DNA of 55,603 nt. It comes from a virus (lineage: Duplodnaviria; Caudoviricetes). This document shows, piece after piece, positions 1 to 9,116 of the stretch. The stretch is from IMG/VR virus record IMGVR_UViG_3300044713_000025, positions 1 through 55,603 of that record; one strand, written 5' to 3'. The translations under genes were made by a program, and so were the position numbers. Below the pieces are notes generated by a model, which had not been told where the DNA came from, made no database searches, and worked only from the letters and a program-made list of their open reading frames with translations. Each line of letters opens with the position of its first letter. Within the stretch, counting starts at the first letter, position 1.

Positions 1-127
1 CTGGGCAATCGCCAGCCCAAGGCAAAGAAAGCTGGCGAGTATGGCCAGCGCAAACGAACGGAATGTGAGTCGCTTCACGTGGTTTCCCCTTGTTGGATTT
101 GGTCGAGTTCGGCGCCAAGGCGAACGA
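1..127. repeat. Terminal direct repeat, copy 1 (circular assembly overlap)
   Basis: Bases 1-127 are identical to 55477-55603, and genes read through the junction. Confidence 0.97.
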
Positions 128-446
128 CAGTGCCATCCGGCAGGATTTGGACCTTAGAATCTGGTTCGGCCAGAATGCGCTCCAACTCCTCCACTGACGG
201 CCTATCGTCGCCGGGCAGTTTGATACGCGCTGGCTGGAACACCGCCCGGTTGAGGGCCATGAAGCCCTTTTCCAGATCGGTGCGGGCTATCGCCAGCCAA
301 CGTGGATCGCCAGCACCGCTGCTCTGTAGTTCGTCGATCACGCGAAGAATGCGCTCTTCGAGAACCTTGTGGACGTTCACCCTATCGACGCGCTCGGTCG
401 ACTGTGGCTGATAGCCTGCGACCGGCAACGACTCGTGCATGCTCAT
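75..446 (-). CDS. acb2: Acb2-like anti-CBASS cyclic-oligonucleotide sponge protein
   Basis: GYQPQS..VNVHK and RWLAIARTDLEKGFMALNRAVFQP match the Acb2 pattern as I recall it (GY..L....N..K; RWLAIGKTD.Q.GMMA..RA.AQP). It carries about 45-50 extra C-terminal residues. Confidence 0.85.
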   Translation of the reverse strand: MSMHESLPVAGYQPQSTERVDRVNVHKVLEERILRVIDELQSSGAGDPRWLAIARTDLEKGFMALNRAVFQPARIKLPGDDRPSVEELERILAEPDSKVQILPDGTVVRLGAELDQIQQGETT

Positions 447-1063
447 CCCTCGGTCCCCGGTATCGGCTTGCCGTTCAGCACATCGGCGTTCAGGTCGTCC
501 GCCGTTTCAGCAGCGGGAGGCGGATCGGCTGCGGCCATCGTGGCGTCGGACGGCATCAGCGAGGCATCACGGAACAGCGCCATAGCCTGCCCATACATGC
601 TGACAAACGACTGCATAGCCGATTCTGGCATCTGCGCCGATGGATCGCCTGTAACCCACGTCCGATAGTACTTGAGCGCGAGGTTTGTATCGTCCAGCAC
701 GGTTGGACCGACATACAGCCCACGGCTCGTCACCTCCTCCGCAAGCATGTCGATGCTCGTTTGCCAGCGGTCGAAGGCGAGGAAGATACGCGTGCGGCCA
801 GTGCCGTTCTCCGGCTCCGTGACCGTCCCAGCAATCAGCGGGGTCCATTTGTCAGGCCAGCGTGCGCCATCGGCTTGGGCACCTATGTAGTTTTGACAGA
901 TGCCATGCGCGCCGTTGCCGCTCTCCGTGCGGAATATGCAGTAGCAGGAACGCTTTACCTCAGTTGGCGCGCTCACAGCCCGCAAATAGGCGATTACGTC
1001 TGTCATAGCGACAGTCGTTGCTTCGTAGGGAAGCTCTGGTAACTCAGGATAGGCATTAGCCAC
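443..1063 (-). CDS. Probable endolysin (GH73/FlgJ-like glucosaminidase, lysozyme fold)
   Basis: ESGNG...NYIG...FLAFDRWQTSI resembles GH73 ES.G..NN.FG...F..Y.S..ES. GTG start at 1063 follows a GGAGG RBS, and the gene lies upstream of membrane/lipoprotein genes. Confidence 0.6.
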   Translation of the reverse strand: MANAYPELPELPYEATTVAMTDVIAYLRAVSAPTEVKRSCYCIFRTESGNGAHGICQNYIGAQADGARWPDKWTPLIAGTVTEPENGTGRTRIFLAFDRWQTSIDMLAEEVTSRGLYVGPTVLDDTNLALKYYRTWVTGDPSAQMPESAMQSFVSMYGQAMALFRDASLMPSDATMAAADPPPAAETADDLNADVLNGKPIPGTEG

Positions 1064-1238
1064 TGGCTTTCCTCCCCCTCCCATTCGCTGAGACAAGGCG
1101 TTGCGCTTCAGTCAATGCTAACTGCCGCAACCATGCGCCCGGCTTCTGGAACGCCATTTGGGCCACCTTTTCAATCAGGGCCTTTTCATCCGGCGTCACG
1201 CGGGCGAAAACCTGAGCCGTTCGTTTCTCAGCTTCCAT
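1056..1238 (-). CDS. Ribbon-helix-helix (MobC/Arc-like) DNA-binding protein, 60 aa, leaderless
   Basis: MEAEKRTAQVFARVTPDEKALIEKVAQ...GAWLRQLAL is the C-terminal part of track ORF 1056..1658. Confidence 0.7.
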   Translation of the reverse strand: MEAEKRTAQVFARVTPDEKALIEKVAQMAFQKPGAWLRQLALTEAQRLVSANGRGRKASG

Positions 1239-1301
1239 GGCCTGATAATAAGCGATTGACAGACTTTCGGCAAGGGAATAAAACCATAGCGTTTGACAGA
1301 C
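1239..1301. promoter_or_regulatory. Divergent sigma70-type promoters with a repeated TTGACAGAC
   Basis: Minus strand: TTGCCG-17-TATTAT-6-ATG(1238). Plus strand: TTGACA(1256)-17-TAAAAC(1279). TTGACAGAC occurs at 1256-1264 and 1293-1301. Confidence 0.65.
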
Positions 1302-1316
1302 AAAGGAGTGACCACT

Positions 1317-1577
1317 ATGCCCCGTAAGCCAGCGGCAGTAGCCGCAAAGCCCAAGCGCGCCCGCACCAGCGAAGGGTTGCGCGACATCCTGTTTGACGAA
1401 ATCGAGGAGTTGCGGACCGGCAACGGCGACCCTACGAAGTCCTTGGCAGTGGCGCATCTGGCACGTCAGATCGTGAACACGGCCAAGGTGGAGATCGAGT
1501 TTCAGCGTCATCTCCAGAACTCGAAGGCCGAAGGCGGCGCGGGAGAGCTTGGCAGCCTGCGGTTGGGTCAAGGGTGA
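1317..1577 (+). CDS. Hypothetical protein (86 aa)
   Basis: AAGGAG RBS precedes ATG 1317, and the stop overlaps the next start (GTGA). Confidence 0.75.
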   Translation: MPRKPAAVAAKPKRARTSEGLRDILFDEIEELRTGNGDPTKSLAVAHLARQIVNTAKVEIEFQRHLQNSKAEGGAGELGSLRLGQG

Positions 1578-2212
1578 TCTGTTGTGTGTGCGGATCGGAA
1601 TGCTCCGGCCTTCCGGTTCGCCACACACGCCATCTGATCCAGGGTAAATTTGCCTCACGGATGGTTGGTTATCTCGCGGATCCTGCGATCCCCCGTACGT
1701 CCACCGGATTGATGGAACTATGCGGGGGATGCCAGCGCGAAATGTTCTTTCGTGGTGGCTTCATTGCCATGCTTGCTTGGCGGCTAAAGAAACTGGCGAA
1801 ATATGCGCCATCCCGAGAGAAGCCAGCGTCAACCATTTTAGATCGTCCAGAATACTCGGTCGCAGATGTTGAGGCCGCTTTAATCATGGGCGATGTGATG
1901 GCTCGGCGGCGCCTGATGGATGAACGGTGGCCAGAGGGCATTCCCATTTGCCCAAAATGTGGCAGCAGACAGCTATACGAAATAGGCCGAGGACCAACGT
2001 GGCGCTGCAAAACCTGCAAATACGATTTCTCGATCCTTAGCCAGACCAATCTAGCGCATCCCAAACAGAGGCTACAGGTGTACCTTGCCGCCATCTACGC
2101 TTGGGCTGACGGTCGCCACCTAATGAGCGCCTATGAGTTCTCCCAATTAGCCAAATTGCAACTACCGACAGGCTGGAAGCTAAAGCAACGGATTGAGAGT
2201 GGATGGAAATGA
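1574..2212 (+). CDS. IS1595-family transposase-like Zn-ribbon/HTH protein lacking the DDE domain
   Basis: RWPEGIPICPKCGS...WRCKTCKYDFS...MSAYEFSQLAKLQLPTGWKLKQRI matches the IS1595 N-terminus. The ORF stops before any catalytic domain. Confidence 0.75.
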   Translation: MICCVCGSECSGLPVRHTRHLIQGKFASRMVGYLADPAIPRTSTGLMELCGGCQREMFFRGGFIAMLAWRLKKLAKYAPSREKPASTILDRPEYSVADVEAALIMGDVMARRRLMDERWPEGIPICPKCGSRQLYEIGRGPTWRCKTCKYDFSILSQTNLAHPKQRLQVYLAAIYAWADGRHLMSAYEFSQLAKLQLPTGWKLKQRIESGWK

Positions 2213-2217
2213 GCCAG

Positions 2218-2412
2218 TCATGCCCCATTCCTTTCCAGCTTTGCGCGAAGGCGTTCAACCCTGCGTTCGGCCTCGACCAAGCCCGCCAAAAGCAGCCTGC
2301 GAAACAAGGCGCCCTGTTCCTCATCCGGTAAGGCTATCGCTCTCATGCGCGCCCCGGTCCCCTTGGGCAAACGCATGGAAACGGTCTCAGGAAACCGAAG
2401 GGGCTTTGGCAT
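2218..2412 (-). CDS. Small RHH-like DNA-binding protein, leaderless
   Basis: ETVSMRLPKG...GALFRRLLLAGL, with promoter TTGCGG-17-TAAACT-6-ATG. Confidence 0.55.
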   Translation of the reverse strand: MPKPLRFPETVSMRLPKGTGARMRAIALPDEEQGALFRRLLLAGLVEAERRVERLRAKLERNGA

Positions 2413-2462
2413 GGCAGAAGTTTACCGTAAACGGACGCCAGCCGCAAGGAATGTCTAGCGGA

Positions 2463-2576
2463 TCACGTCCACCAGATGATCCCGCCGACAAGCCCCACCA
2501 CGACTGCGGCAACGTAGGCCACGCGCCGTAGGGTGTGCTCGTGGTGGTCAACCCAACTGAGAAACCTGATCCTCAC
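2463..2576 (-). CDS. Small membrane protein
   Basis: GTG overlaps the upstream stop; C-terminal hydrophobic helix VAYVAAVVVGLVGGIIWW. Confidence 0.4.
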   Translation of the reverse strand: MRIRFLSWVDHHEHTLRRVAYVAAVVVGLVGGIIWWT

Positions 2577-2830
2577 TTGCCCAATCTTTGTGTGATGAAT
2601 TGCAGCAGCGAGTCGGTCGCATGCGTGGCTAACGCTGTCAGGAAGGCCAGCCCAATGGCGGCGAGGGCGATCTTTTTCAGCTTCCAGCATCCAGCCGCCG
2701 CCCTGTGACGTGCCTCAGCCAAAAGCCGGTCGAATAGTTCGCCATCAGAATTGACGCTATTTTCACGTTCCCGTGTGGTTCGCGCTTCATCATCAGGTCC
2801 CTCTCCGCGATTCCCACGGTTTATAGACAT
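2573..2830 (-). CDS. Small membrane protein (possible lysis accessory)
   Basis: A GAGG RBS lies upstream; one C-terminal hydrophobic segment. Confidence 0.55.
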   Translation of the reverse strand: MSINRGNRGEGPDDEARTTRERENSVNSDGELFDRLLAEARHRAAAGCWKLKKIALAAIGLAFLTALATHATDSLLQFITQRLGK

Positions 2831-2838
2831 CCCGTGGG

Positions 2839-2969
2839 GCCGCCTCTGTGACTAGCATCACATGGTGCTTCGGCGCAGTCGGTTATCATACCTCTCACTC
2901 ACCTGTGCATCTTACGGGTGGGCCTAGCCTTCGGGTCGGGGGTGATGGGCCGTCGCGATGACACGCGGC
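2839..2969 (+). ncRNA. Candidate structured RNA (multibranch, two cUUCGg loops)
   Basis: Closing stem GCCGC/GCGGC, hairpin TGTGA/TCACA, GTGC-TTCG-GCGC, a 10-bp stem 2898-2907/2913-2922 with G:U pairs, and GCC-TTCG-GGT. Confidence 0.5.
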
Positions 2970-2972
2970 GGT

Positions 2973-5900
2973 TCATTGCTGAGTCTGCTTGCCACTTTGG
3001 CCAATCTCCGCCGCCATTACGCCCTGGAGTGCAGTTCCAATTCTGCGTTGAAGGACAGTCGTAAGATTGCCAGTTTTCACGCGTTCTAGCAACAATTTTG
3101 CTACCTCTGGATGTAACATTGCCTCCCTGACAAGGGCGTTCGTCGTATTTATGCCCGCTTGGCGCAAAGCGTGGACGGCAACACCGATGGCCGGGAGAGC
3201 CACGGCGCCAACAAGCCCATGCTCGCCAGCCATTTCACCCAACCGTTCGCCCAGCAGCGTCATGAGGCTGATAGCGCCCATGCCTGCCGCGTGCTTCCCA
3301 GCGCCCGCTAGACCCTCTTTCTCGGTCGCCAGCCGATTGGCCTGCGTATCGCTGCCAGCCGTGGCTGTGGCCCTCTGGGACTGCCTGCGGAGGTCTGCCG
3401 CTACCGCCTCAAGGTTCTGCATCCCCTGGCCACCGAACAAAGCCCGCAATGGCCCGCGATTGCCCCGAATCCAGGTCTGGAACTGAGCCGCCTTCAGGAA
3501 ATTCTCCTCGCCCGCTCCAGACGGCGCAGACGACGAAAAGCGCTCCATGATATGATCCACGACAGCGCGGCGCAGCCCTGCCTCAGCATCGGGCGTTCCC
3601 CTCACTTGCTGGACTAGCTTGGTGAACGTCTCGGTTGGGTTGCCACTGGCAAACGCACGCCGCACTGCAACAAGCGGATCATCATGCAGGAAGTTCTTGG
3701 CGACGCCGTTCTCATATTCGCGGATGGCTTGCGCGTGGAGGCCAGTCACTTCGTCCAACGTGGCTTGGGCCTTTGCGGCGGTATTAAGCTGATCCCCAAG
3801 GTCGGGGAACATGGCGATTGTCCGCGCTCGCTGATGTTGCCATGAATGGAAGCGATCTAGGCGCAGCGTGCCGTCCTGTTGGACAATCCCCCTCTCCCGC
3901 AGATCATTAACCAACGCATCGCGCATGTTCGCAACCGCCTGTGTCTCGCCGCCCACGGCTTTGATGTACTGCTGAACTCGCACAGGCTCTACAGCGGTTC
4001 CCGACAGGATTTGACGTGGTACGTCGGCTTCTTGGACAGCATATTGCTCGCCATATTTGCCGCCCTGTAGGACACGTCCGATAGCGCCAGTGCCGAATGT
4101 CTGCTTGCGCTGTAGTGTAGCCTCCCGCGCCGCAGCATAGGCAGCAGCGGCTTCCGGGGAGAAATTCGGCTCTAATCCTTGAGCTGTTTGCGGAGCCGCC
4201 ATTGCGCTATTGCCCGCAGCACTCCCAAGTCCTCCAGCCTCCACGCCTCCTGCTCCGCCTTCGCCAGAAACAGCAGCCGTTCGTCCTTCGGTACCGGTTG
4301 CAACGCCTTCTCCACCTCCAGCACCAATACCTGACTGACCATGACCCAACTCCTGAATACGAGCCGCCACACCGCTATCCGATTGCGCTGCCTGATCTGC
4401 CGCTTCAGCAATCGCATCATCCAAGGCGCTCTTGACTATTCCCAGGCGGCGCAATGACTGTTCGTTACCGGGAGTCGCCCGAAGCGCTCGTTCAGCAAAC
4501 CCGATATTCGACCGCAATCGCTGCGCATCTCTGAACGGCACAACGTCTGGCAGGTTGGCAGCACCATTCAGGATTTGCGTCTCCTGACTGCTGGCCACAT
4601 CGCCCAATCCCGGCTGCATTTCCTTCAGCAACCCGCGCGCCGTTTGCTGCACTGCACCAAGCGGAAGCGCCAGCTTTCCTTCCCGGTCCACCGCCTGCCA
4701 GAGCGCGGACTCCTGTCCTCGCGCCGTGGCGTTGGCGTTGGTCAGGGCGCCCCGTATATCAGCACCATAGCCTTGCGGGGAACCTGCGCCGCCAAGCCCC
4801 TCAGTGGCCCTCTGGGCGCCCGCACGAGCCGCCGAGATCGTCTGCTGGCCTGCCGCGTCGATTGCCGCTAGTTGCTGCCGGAACAAGTCTCCTACGGCTC
4901 CTGGCTGGCCTGTAGGTTGGATTCCCTGAATTGCCTGAACCCGCGCCGTATTCTGTTCGGCTGCCCTTTGCAGAAACGGGTCTGGTGTTGCGACCCGGTG
5001 TGCTTTCTCCAGCCCGACCGCGCCCGGTGTAGGAGCGACTTGGGCGGTTGTTGGCTCGGAACCCGGCACGAGCGTTCCCGCTGGAGCGCCCCAGATTGCC
5101 GCTGGCGTATTCGAGGCTTGATCCAGCATCTGCTGGCCTTCTGGACCTAATGCGCCGCCAACCCTCTGTCCTGCTGCCCGTATCTGCGCTGGCGTGGCCC
5201 GAACACCTGAAAGGACTTCCCGAGTGCCCAATCCTAGGTTACCAGCAGTGTTGCCTATGAGCCTACGGCCCGCTCCGACTGCCTCTTGGATGCCCGCGCC
5301 TCCCACACCGCCAGCAAGTGCTCCCAGCGTTCCAGCAGCAGGCTTTAGGGCGTCCGGTGCCACGTCCTCTGCCGCCTGACTGCCAATAGCCGCTACCGTC
5401 GTCGGAAGGATTTGCTTCGCTACGCCCGCGATTGCCGGACCTTCCCCGAGTCCGCCCGCTGCAATGCCAGGAAGGAACTCCCCGATGCGCTCCACGTACC
5501 GACCGGCGGTGTCCTTGGCTGGCGGTACGGATGGTGCAGGCAATCCGGCAACCTGCGTTTGGGGTTGGCCGATAGTCTGCTGGATCAGGTTGCCCTCGGC
5601 ATTCAGCAGTGTCAGCGGCGCATTCGCCATGCCGACAATGCCACGCTTTACGCCACCCCAAAGCTGTCCAGCGAGGTCTGCCCAAGTCGAAGCATCAGAC
5701 GGGTGCGCTGCTTGCATTCCAGCCGTAGGAGGAACTGGCGCCAACGAGTCAAGAACAGAGGTATCGCCGCTCCCAGGCTTAGTTGCAGGAGGCGCTTTTC
5801 CCCCCATGAAGCTGCGATAATCTTCGTCCGATAGGTTAGTCATGGCACCAGAGCCATCAGGCGCCGGATGTGGCGCTACCATCGGATAAGATGGGGGCGC

Positions 5901-5975
5901 AGTGCCGGCCGAGACCATTCCTGGCGTTGGTCCGACAGGCGTCAGAGAATCGAGGATCGAAGTGCTGCCGTTCAT
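2973..5975 (-). CDS. Large internal virion / DNA ejection protein (1000 aa)
   Basis: Ala/Gly/Gln-rich helical protein, the last of the large genes after the tail hub, as in podovirus ejectosome modules. Confidence 0.7.
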   Translation of the reverse strand: MNGSTSILDSLTPVGPTPGMVSAGTAPPSYPMVAPHPAPDGSGAMTNLSDEDYRSFMGGKAPPATKPGSGDTSVLDSLAPVPPTAGMQAAHPSDASTWADLAGQLWGGVKRGIVGMANAPLTLLNAEGNLIQQTIGQPQTQVAGLPAPSVPPAKDTAGRYVERIGEFLPGIAAGGLGEGPAIAGVAKQILPTTVAAIGSQAAEDVAPDALKPAAGTLGALAGGVGGAGIQEAVGAGRRLIGNTAGNLGLGTREVLSGVRATPAQIRAAGQRVGGALGPEGQQMLDQASNTPAAIWGAPAGTLVPGSEPTTAQVAPTPGAVGLEKAHRVATPDPFLQRAAEQNTARVQAIQGIQPTGQPGAVGDLFRQQLAAIDAAGQQTISAARAGAQRATEGLGGAGSPQGYGADIRGALTNANATARGQESALWQAVDREGKLALPLGAVQQTARGLLKEMQPGLGDVASSQETQILNGAANLPDVVPFRDAQRLRSNIGFAERALRATPGNEQSLRRLGIVKSALDDAIAEAADQAAQSDSGVAARIQELGHGQSGIGAGGGEGVATGTEGRTAAVSGEGGAGGVEAGGLGSAAGNSAMAAPQTAQGLEPNFSPEAAAAYAAAREATLQRKQTFGTGAIGRVLQGGKYGEQYAVQEADVPRQILSGTAVEPVRVQQYIKAVGGETQAVANMRDALVNDLRERGIVQQDGTLRLDRFHSWQHQRARTIAMFPDLGDQLNTAAKAQATLDEVTGLHAQAIREYENGVAKNFLHDDPLVAVRRAFASGNPTETFTKLVQQVRGTPDAEAGLRRAVVDHIMERFSSSAPSGAGEENFLKAAQFQTWIRGNRGPLRALFGGQGMQNLEAVAADLRRQSQRATATAGSDTQANRLATEKEGLAGAGKHAAGMGAISLMTLLGERLGEMAGEHGLVGAVALPAIGVAVHALRQAGINTTNALVREAMLHPEVAKLLLERVKTGNLTTVLQRRIGTALQGVMAAEIGQSGKQTQQ

Positions 5976-8080
5976 TGTGACGGCTGCGCGTTCTTCAGAT
6001 ACTCAGGAATTGGAGGAGCGCCCTGCCGTTCAGGCACTTGGACGATCTTCCCTTTGTATTGCACAAAAGTCCCTGGCAGATAACGGCCTAGTTCCTTGTC
6101 TGAACTGATCGAATACGGCGTAACCGTGCTTATGGCGCGACGGGCATACATCTGCGCCGGATTAGCGCGGTAGAAATCCACCTCCGCTTTCGTCAGGTCG
6201 CCACCCGAATTGTACAAATCCTGCTTGAAGTTATGCAGATCAATCGCCTGTTGGGCGGACTCCTGAATGCCGGCCGAGACGACATGAAACCCAATAGGCG
6301 AGTTCGTCGCAGATGGCACCGCAGAAGTCGCATTCATGATCGTTTGCGCGGCCTGTCTCGCATGTCCTTCGTAGTGGCTGGACAACTCAAAGCCAGCGGT
6401 TGTGGTGGCTTTCTTCAGTTCCTCCCATGCACCAACTGCATTCGGATCAAAAGCAGTTGGAAGGCCAGCGGTTCGCAGAATATCATTGACATTATTCGCG
6501 AACGCGATACGCGCTGGGCTTGTCGGACCAGTACCGAGAACGCCGCCAACCTTGTTCAAGGTATCGGCAGCATGGTTCATCTGCTCCAGCCATGACTGGG
6601 TATTCTGGGCCGATATGTAGGCGTCCGTGTCCTTGCCTGCGAAATCCGTATAAGCCTTGTCGCGTGCCTCTTGGACCTGTTTGGGTATCTGGGCAACGAC
6701 GGGCTGCCCACCGGAACCAATAACCGGCGTTGACGTTCCTGGCGTTCCTTCTGGCGCTCCCGGTAACGGCGGAGTCACATGCTGGTAGGTGAAGCTCCCA
6801 TCGGGATTCTGCACCTTCTCCAATTGGGGGTTTTTCACCCATTCTGGACCATTCGGACCGTTGACACGGGCCATGCCACCAGAACGAAGATCAATGTTAG
6901 CCTGTGCGGCCTTTGCAGCCTCAGTCGGACCAGCCAATCCCATCGCGCGGTATTGCTGTGCTGCTTGTCGCAAAGCAGCCGGATCACCAGCGATGGGCAG
7001 CCCGAGAGACCGCGCTAATTCAACCTGATTGGCACGTTGCTCCAGCATCTGCGCCTTCGCCATAGCCTGTTGGCCGGTTAACTGCGGTGCTGCGCCTCCT
7101 GTTTGTGGAGCACCAGAGGGAACCGGAATCGGGCCATTGCCAGCCTGCGCAATTTGGAAGGTTCCTGGTGTCGGAACGCTAGAATAGCGCGATTTCAGCA
7201 TCCCCGCTGTCTGTACAGCGAGGTTAGGATTGGCGTGGACGTACTGCTGTGCCACTTGCGGCCCTAGAGCAGCAGATATGACGCTGGCAGCACTTGCATC
7301 ATCAGCCGCCTTCATTACCGCAGCGGCGGCCTGTGGCCCGAGATAATGAGACAACGCGAGCGCCTGTCCGTTCGGCTGTACTCCCGCACCAGAGAGAACT
7401 GGGGCATTCTTGGAGGCAAGCCAGTCAGTCGCCGCCGCTCCTAATGTCGGACCTAGCTTGGGATCGGATCGTGCGGCCATGACTTGATCCGGAGTCATGC
7501 CTTGGAAATAAGTGGGGTTTTCCTTGGCGAACTGCTGCCATGTGCCATCAGTGAACTGCCCATAGCCATTGGCCGACGAAAGCGGGTTTTGTCCCGTTCC
7601 CTCTGATTTCAGGATTGATTGCGCGTAGTTAGACGGCACCGCGCTAGGCAGTGTGGCAGAGGAACTTGTACCACTAGACTCATCCGTCTGATTTGATGCT
7701 CCTCCCCCCAGCAACTGCTGCATGAGTTCAGGGTTCTGGTAGATATTCAGTAGCATCCGGTTTTTGGCGATTGTCAGCGGCAATCCAGAAGCGGCCCCGA
7801 CGTTCTGTAGCTGCTGGCCTTGCGTGGCGGCAGCCTGCGATGCGAGAACAGAACGAGACAAAGCATTCTGACGCCCCTGCTGCATCGTATCGCCAATCGC
7901 CGCACCCAGAGGACCAGCCAATCCGGGACCATTCGCCAAGAACCCTTGGGACGTGCGTGCATTTGCCGCTGCCGCAAGATTGCCGCCAAATGACGCAAGA
8001 TCGCGCCATGTCCCGACCGGCACACCAAGAAAACCCGGCGCAGTGGGATCGGATTGGCTAAAATCGAATGGGTCGGCCAT
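5972..8080 (-). CDS. Internal virion / ejection protein with a lysozyme-like (lytic transglycosylase) domain
   Basis: SEGTGQNPLSSANGYGQFTDGTW...LSHYLGP motif; probable start MADPF at 8080. Confidence 0.75.
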   Translation of the reverse strand: MADPFDFSQSDPTAPGFLGVPVGTWRDLASFGGNLAAAANARTSQGFLANGPGLAGPLGAAIGDTMQQGRQNALSRSVLASQAAATQGQQLQNVGAASGLPLTIAKNRMLLNIYQNPELMQQLLGGGASNQTDESSGTSSSATLPSAVPSNYAQSILKSEGTGQNPLSSANGYGQFTDGTWQQFAKENPTYFQGMTPDQVMAARSDPKLGPTLGAAATDWLASKNAPVLSGAGVQPNGQALALSHYLGPQAAAAVMKAADDASAASVISAALGPQVAQQYVHANPNLAVQTAGMLKSRYSSVPTPGTFQIAQAGNGPIPVPSGAPQTGGAAPQLTGQQAMAKAQMLEQRANQVELARSLGLPIAGDPAALRQAAQQYRAMGLAGPTEAAKAAQANIDLRSGGMARVNGPNGPEWVKNPQLEKVQNPDGSFTYQHVTPPLPGAPEGTPGTSTPVIGSGGQPVVAQIPKQVQEARDKAYTDFAGKDTDAYISAQNTQSWLEQMNHAADTLNKVGGVLGTGPTSPARIAFANNVNDILRTAGLPTAFDPNAVGAWEELKKATTTAGFELSSHYEGHARQAAQTIMNATSAVPSATNSPIGFHVVSAGIQESAQQAIDLHNFKQDLYNSGGDLTKAEVDFYRANPAQMYARRAISTVTPYSISSDKELGRYLPGTFVQYKGKIVQVPERQGAPPIPEYLKNAQPSQ

Positions 8081-8271
8081 TAGAGGCCATCCATCCCGGC
8101 TGTCCAGGGATGAGTTATAGGAACCCATGGTTGGACGACATTAGCGCGCCGACAGGACATCAGGATAAAAGCCCGATATCGCCCTCTAAGTTCCTCGATC
8201 GTCGGCAAATTCTTATCGCCTCCATAGTCAGGAAACCTAGTGCCAGCGATCTCTGGTGGTTCAATCATCAA
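8080..8271 (-). CDS. Hypothetical protein (63 aa)
   Basis: Exactly fills the gap, with start/stop overlaps on both sides. Confidence 0.5.
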   Translation of the reverse strand: MMIEPPEIAGTRFPDYGGDKNLPTIEELRGRYRAFILMSCRRANVVQPWVPITHPWTAGMDGL

Positions 8272-9116
8272 GCAGCACCAAATACGTTAGGTGTTGCACC
8301 ACCGCCACTACTGCCGCTGCCAAGACCTCCCAGAAGCCCACCCAATCCAGCCAATGCACCAAAGCCCTGCGCCGTCGCGTTCGCGCTCGGCAACGTCGTG
8401 GCTGTGGCGATGTTATACGGCGAGTTGGACAGCGCCGATTCCTGCACGTTCAGCATCTGAATTGGCCAGTTCACCTGATTCAGATACTGCTGATAGGCCG
8501 CATTCAATTCGGTCTGCCCAAGCTGCTGCTGCTGCTGGCCAGCCGTATAGACCGCTCCGGCGCCTCCCAGACCCAGTGACTGATTGAGACCCGCAAGATT
8601 GGCCGCAATTCCCTGCTCGCCCTGCAAAGCCTGCTGACCCTGCTGGAAAGCCGTCGAGTAACCCTGTCCCAACAAGCCAGAGAGCGCGTTGTTGCCATAC
8701 AGGTTTTGCAGCGCATTGGCTGCACCCTGTCTGGCATCGCCGTAAGCGTTCGCCTCCGTGGCGTTGGCATTGATCCCTTGTTGCTGTTGACCCAACTGCA
8801 TCTGCAACTGCTGAACCTGTGGCGCCAAAGCCTGCGACACGTAGGGGTTCATGTACGCACTGACAGCGTTCGGATTTAATCCGGCTTCGGCCATTTGCAG
8901 ATCGGGCTGGTACGATCCCGCAGCATTGACGGCCATGCTCTGGCCTTGGCTCTGCAAGGGCGTCATGCCTTGGATCAAAGGGGCCTGATAGACCGGATAC
9001 GGCTGGCTTCCGATCGACTGGGCAATCGCCTGATTCTGCTGCGATGCCTGCTGTTCGAAGGCCGGGATTTGTTGGACTTGAGTCGTTGTGTTCTGCGAAC
9101 CGCCGCCGCCGCTCAT
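8268..9116 (-). CDS. DNA pilot / ejection protein
   Basis: MSGGGGSQNTTTQ N-terminus, Q/A/G-rich composition, YMNPY motif, gene position. Confidence 0.7.
   Translation of the reverse strand: MSGGGGSQNTTTQVQQIPAFEQQASQQNQAIAQSIGSQPYPVYQAPLIQGMTPLQSQGQSMAVNAAGSYQPDLQMAEAGLNPNAVSAYMNPYVSQALAPQVQQLQMQLGQQQQGINANATEANAYGDARQGAANALQNLYGNNALSGLLGQGYSTAFQQGQQALQGEQGIAANLAGLNQSLGLGGAGAVYTAGQQQQQLGQTELNAAYQQYLNQVNWPIQMLNVQESALSNSPYNIATATTLPSANATAQGFGALAGLGGLLGGLGSGSSGGGATPNVFGAA

Noticed and set aside
1-127. 127-bp terminal repeat as a biological DTR or att site
   Set aside because: It falls inside coding sequence and its length equals a common assembler k-mer, so a circular contig overlap is the best explanation.
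1574-2212. Active IS1595 insertion sequence
   Set aside because: No DDE domain, terminal inverted repeats or target duplication were seen.
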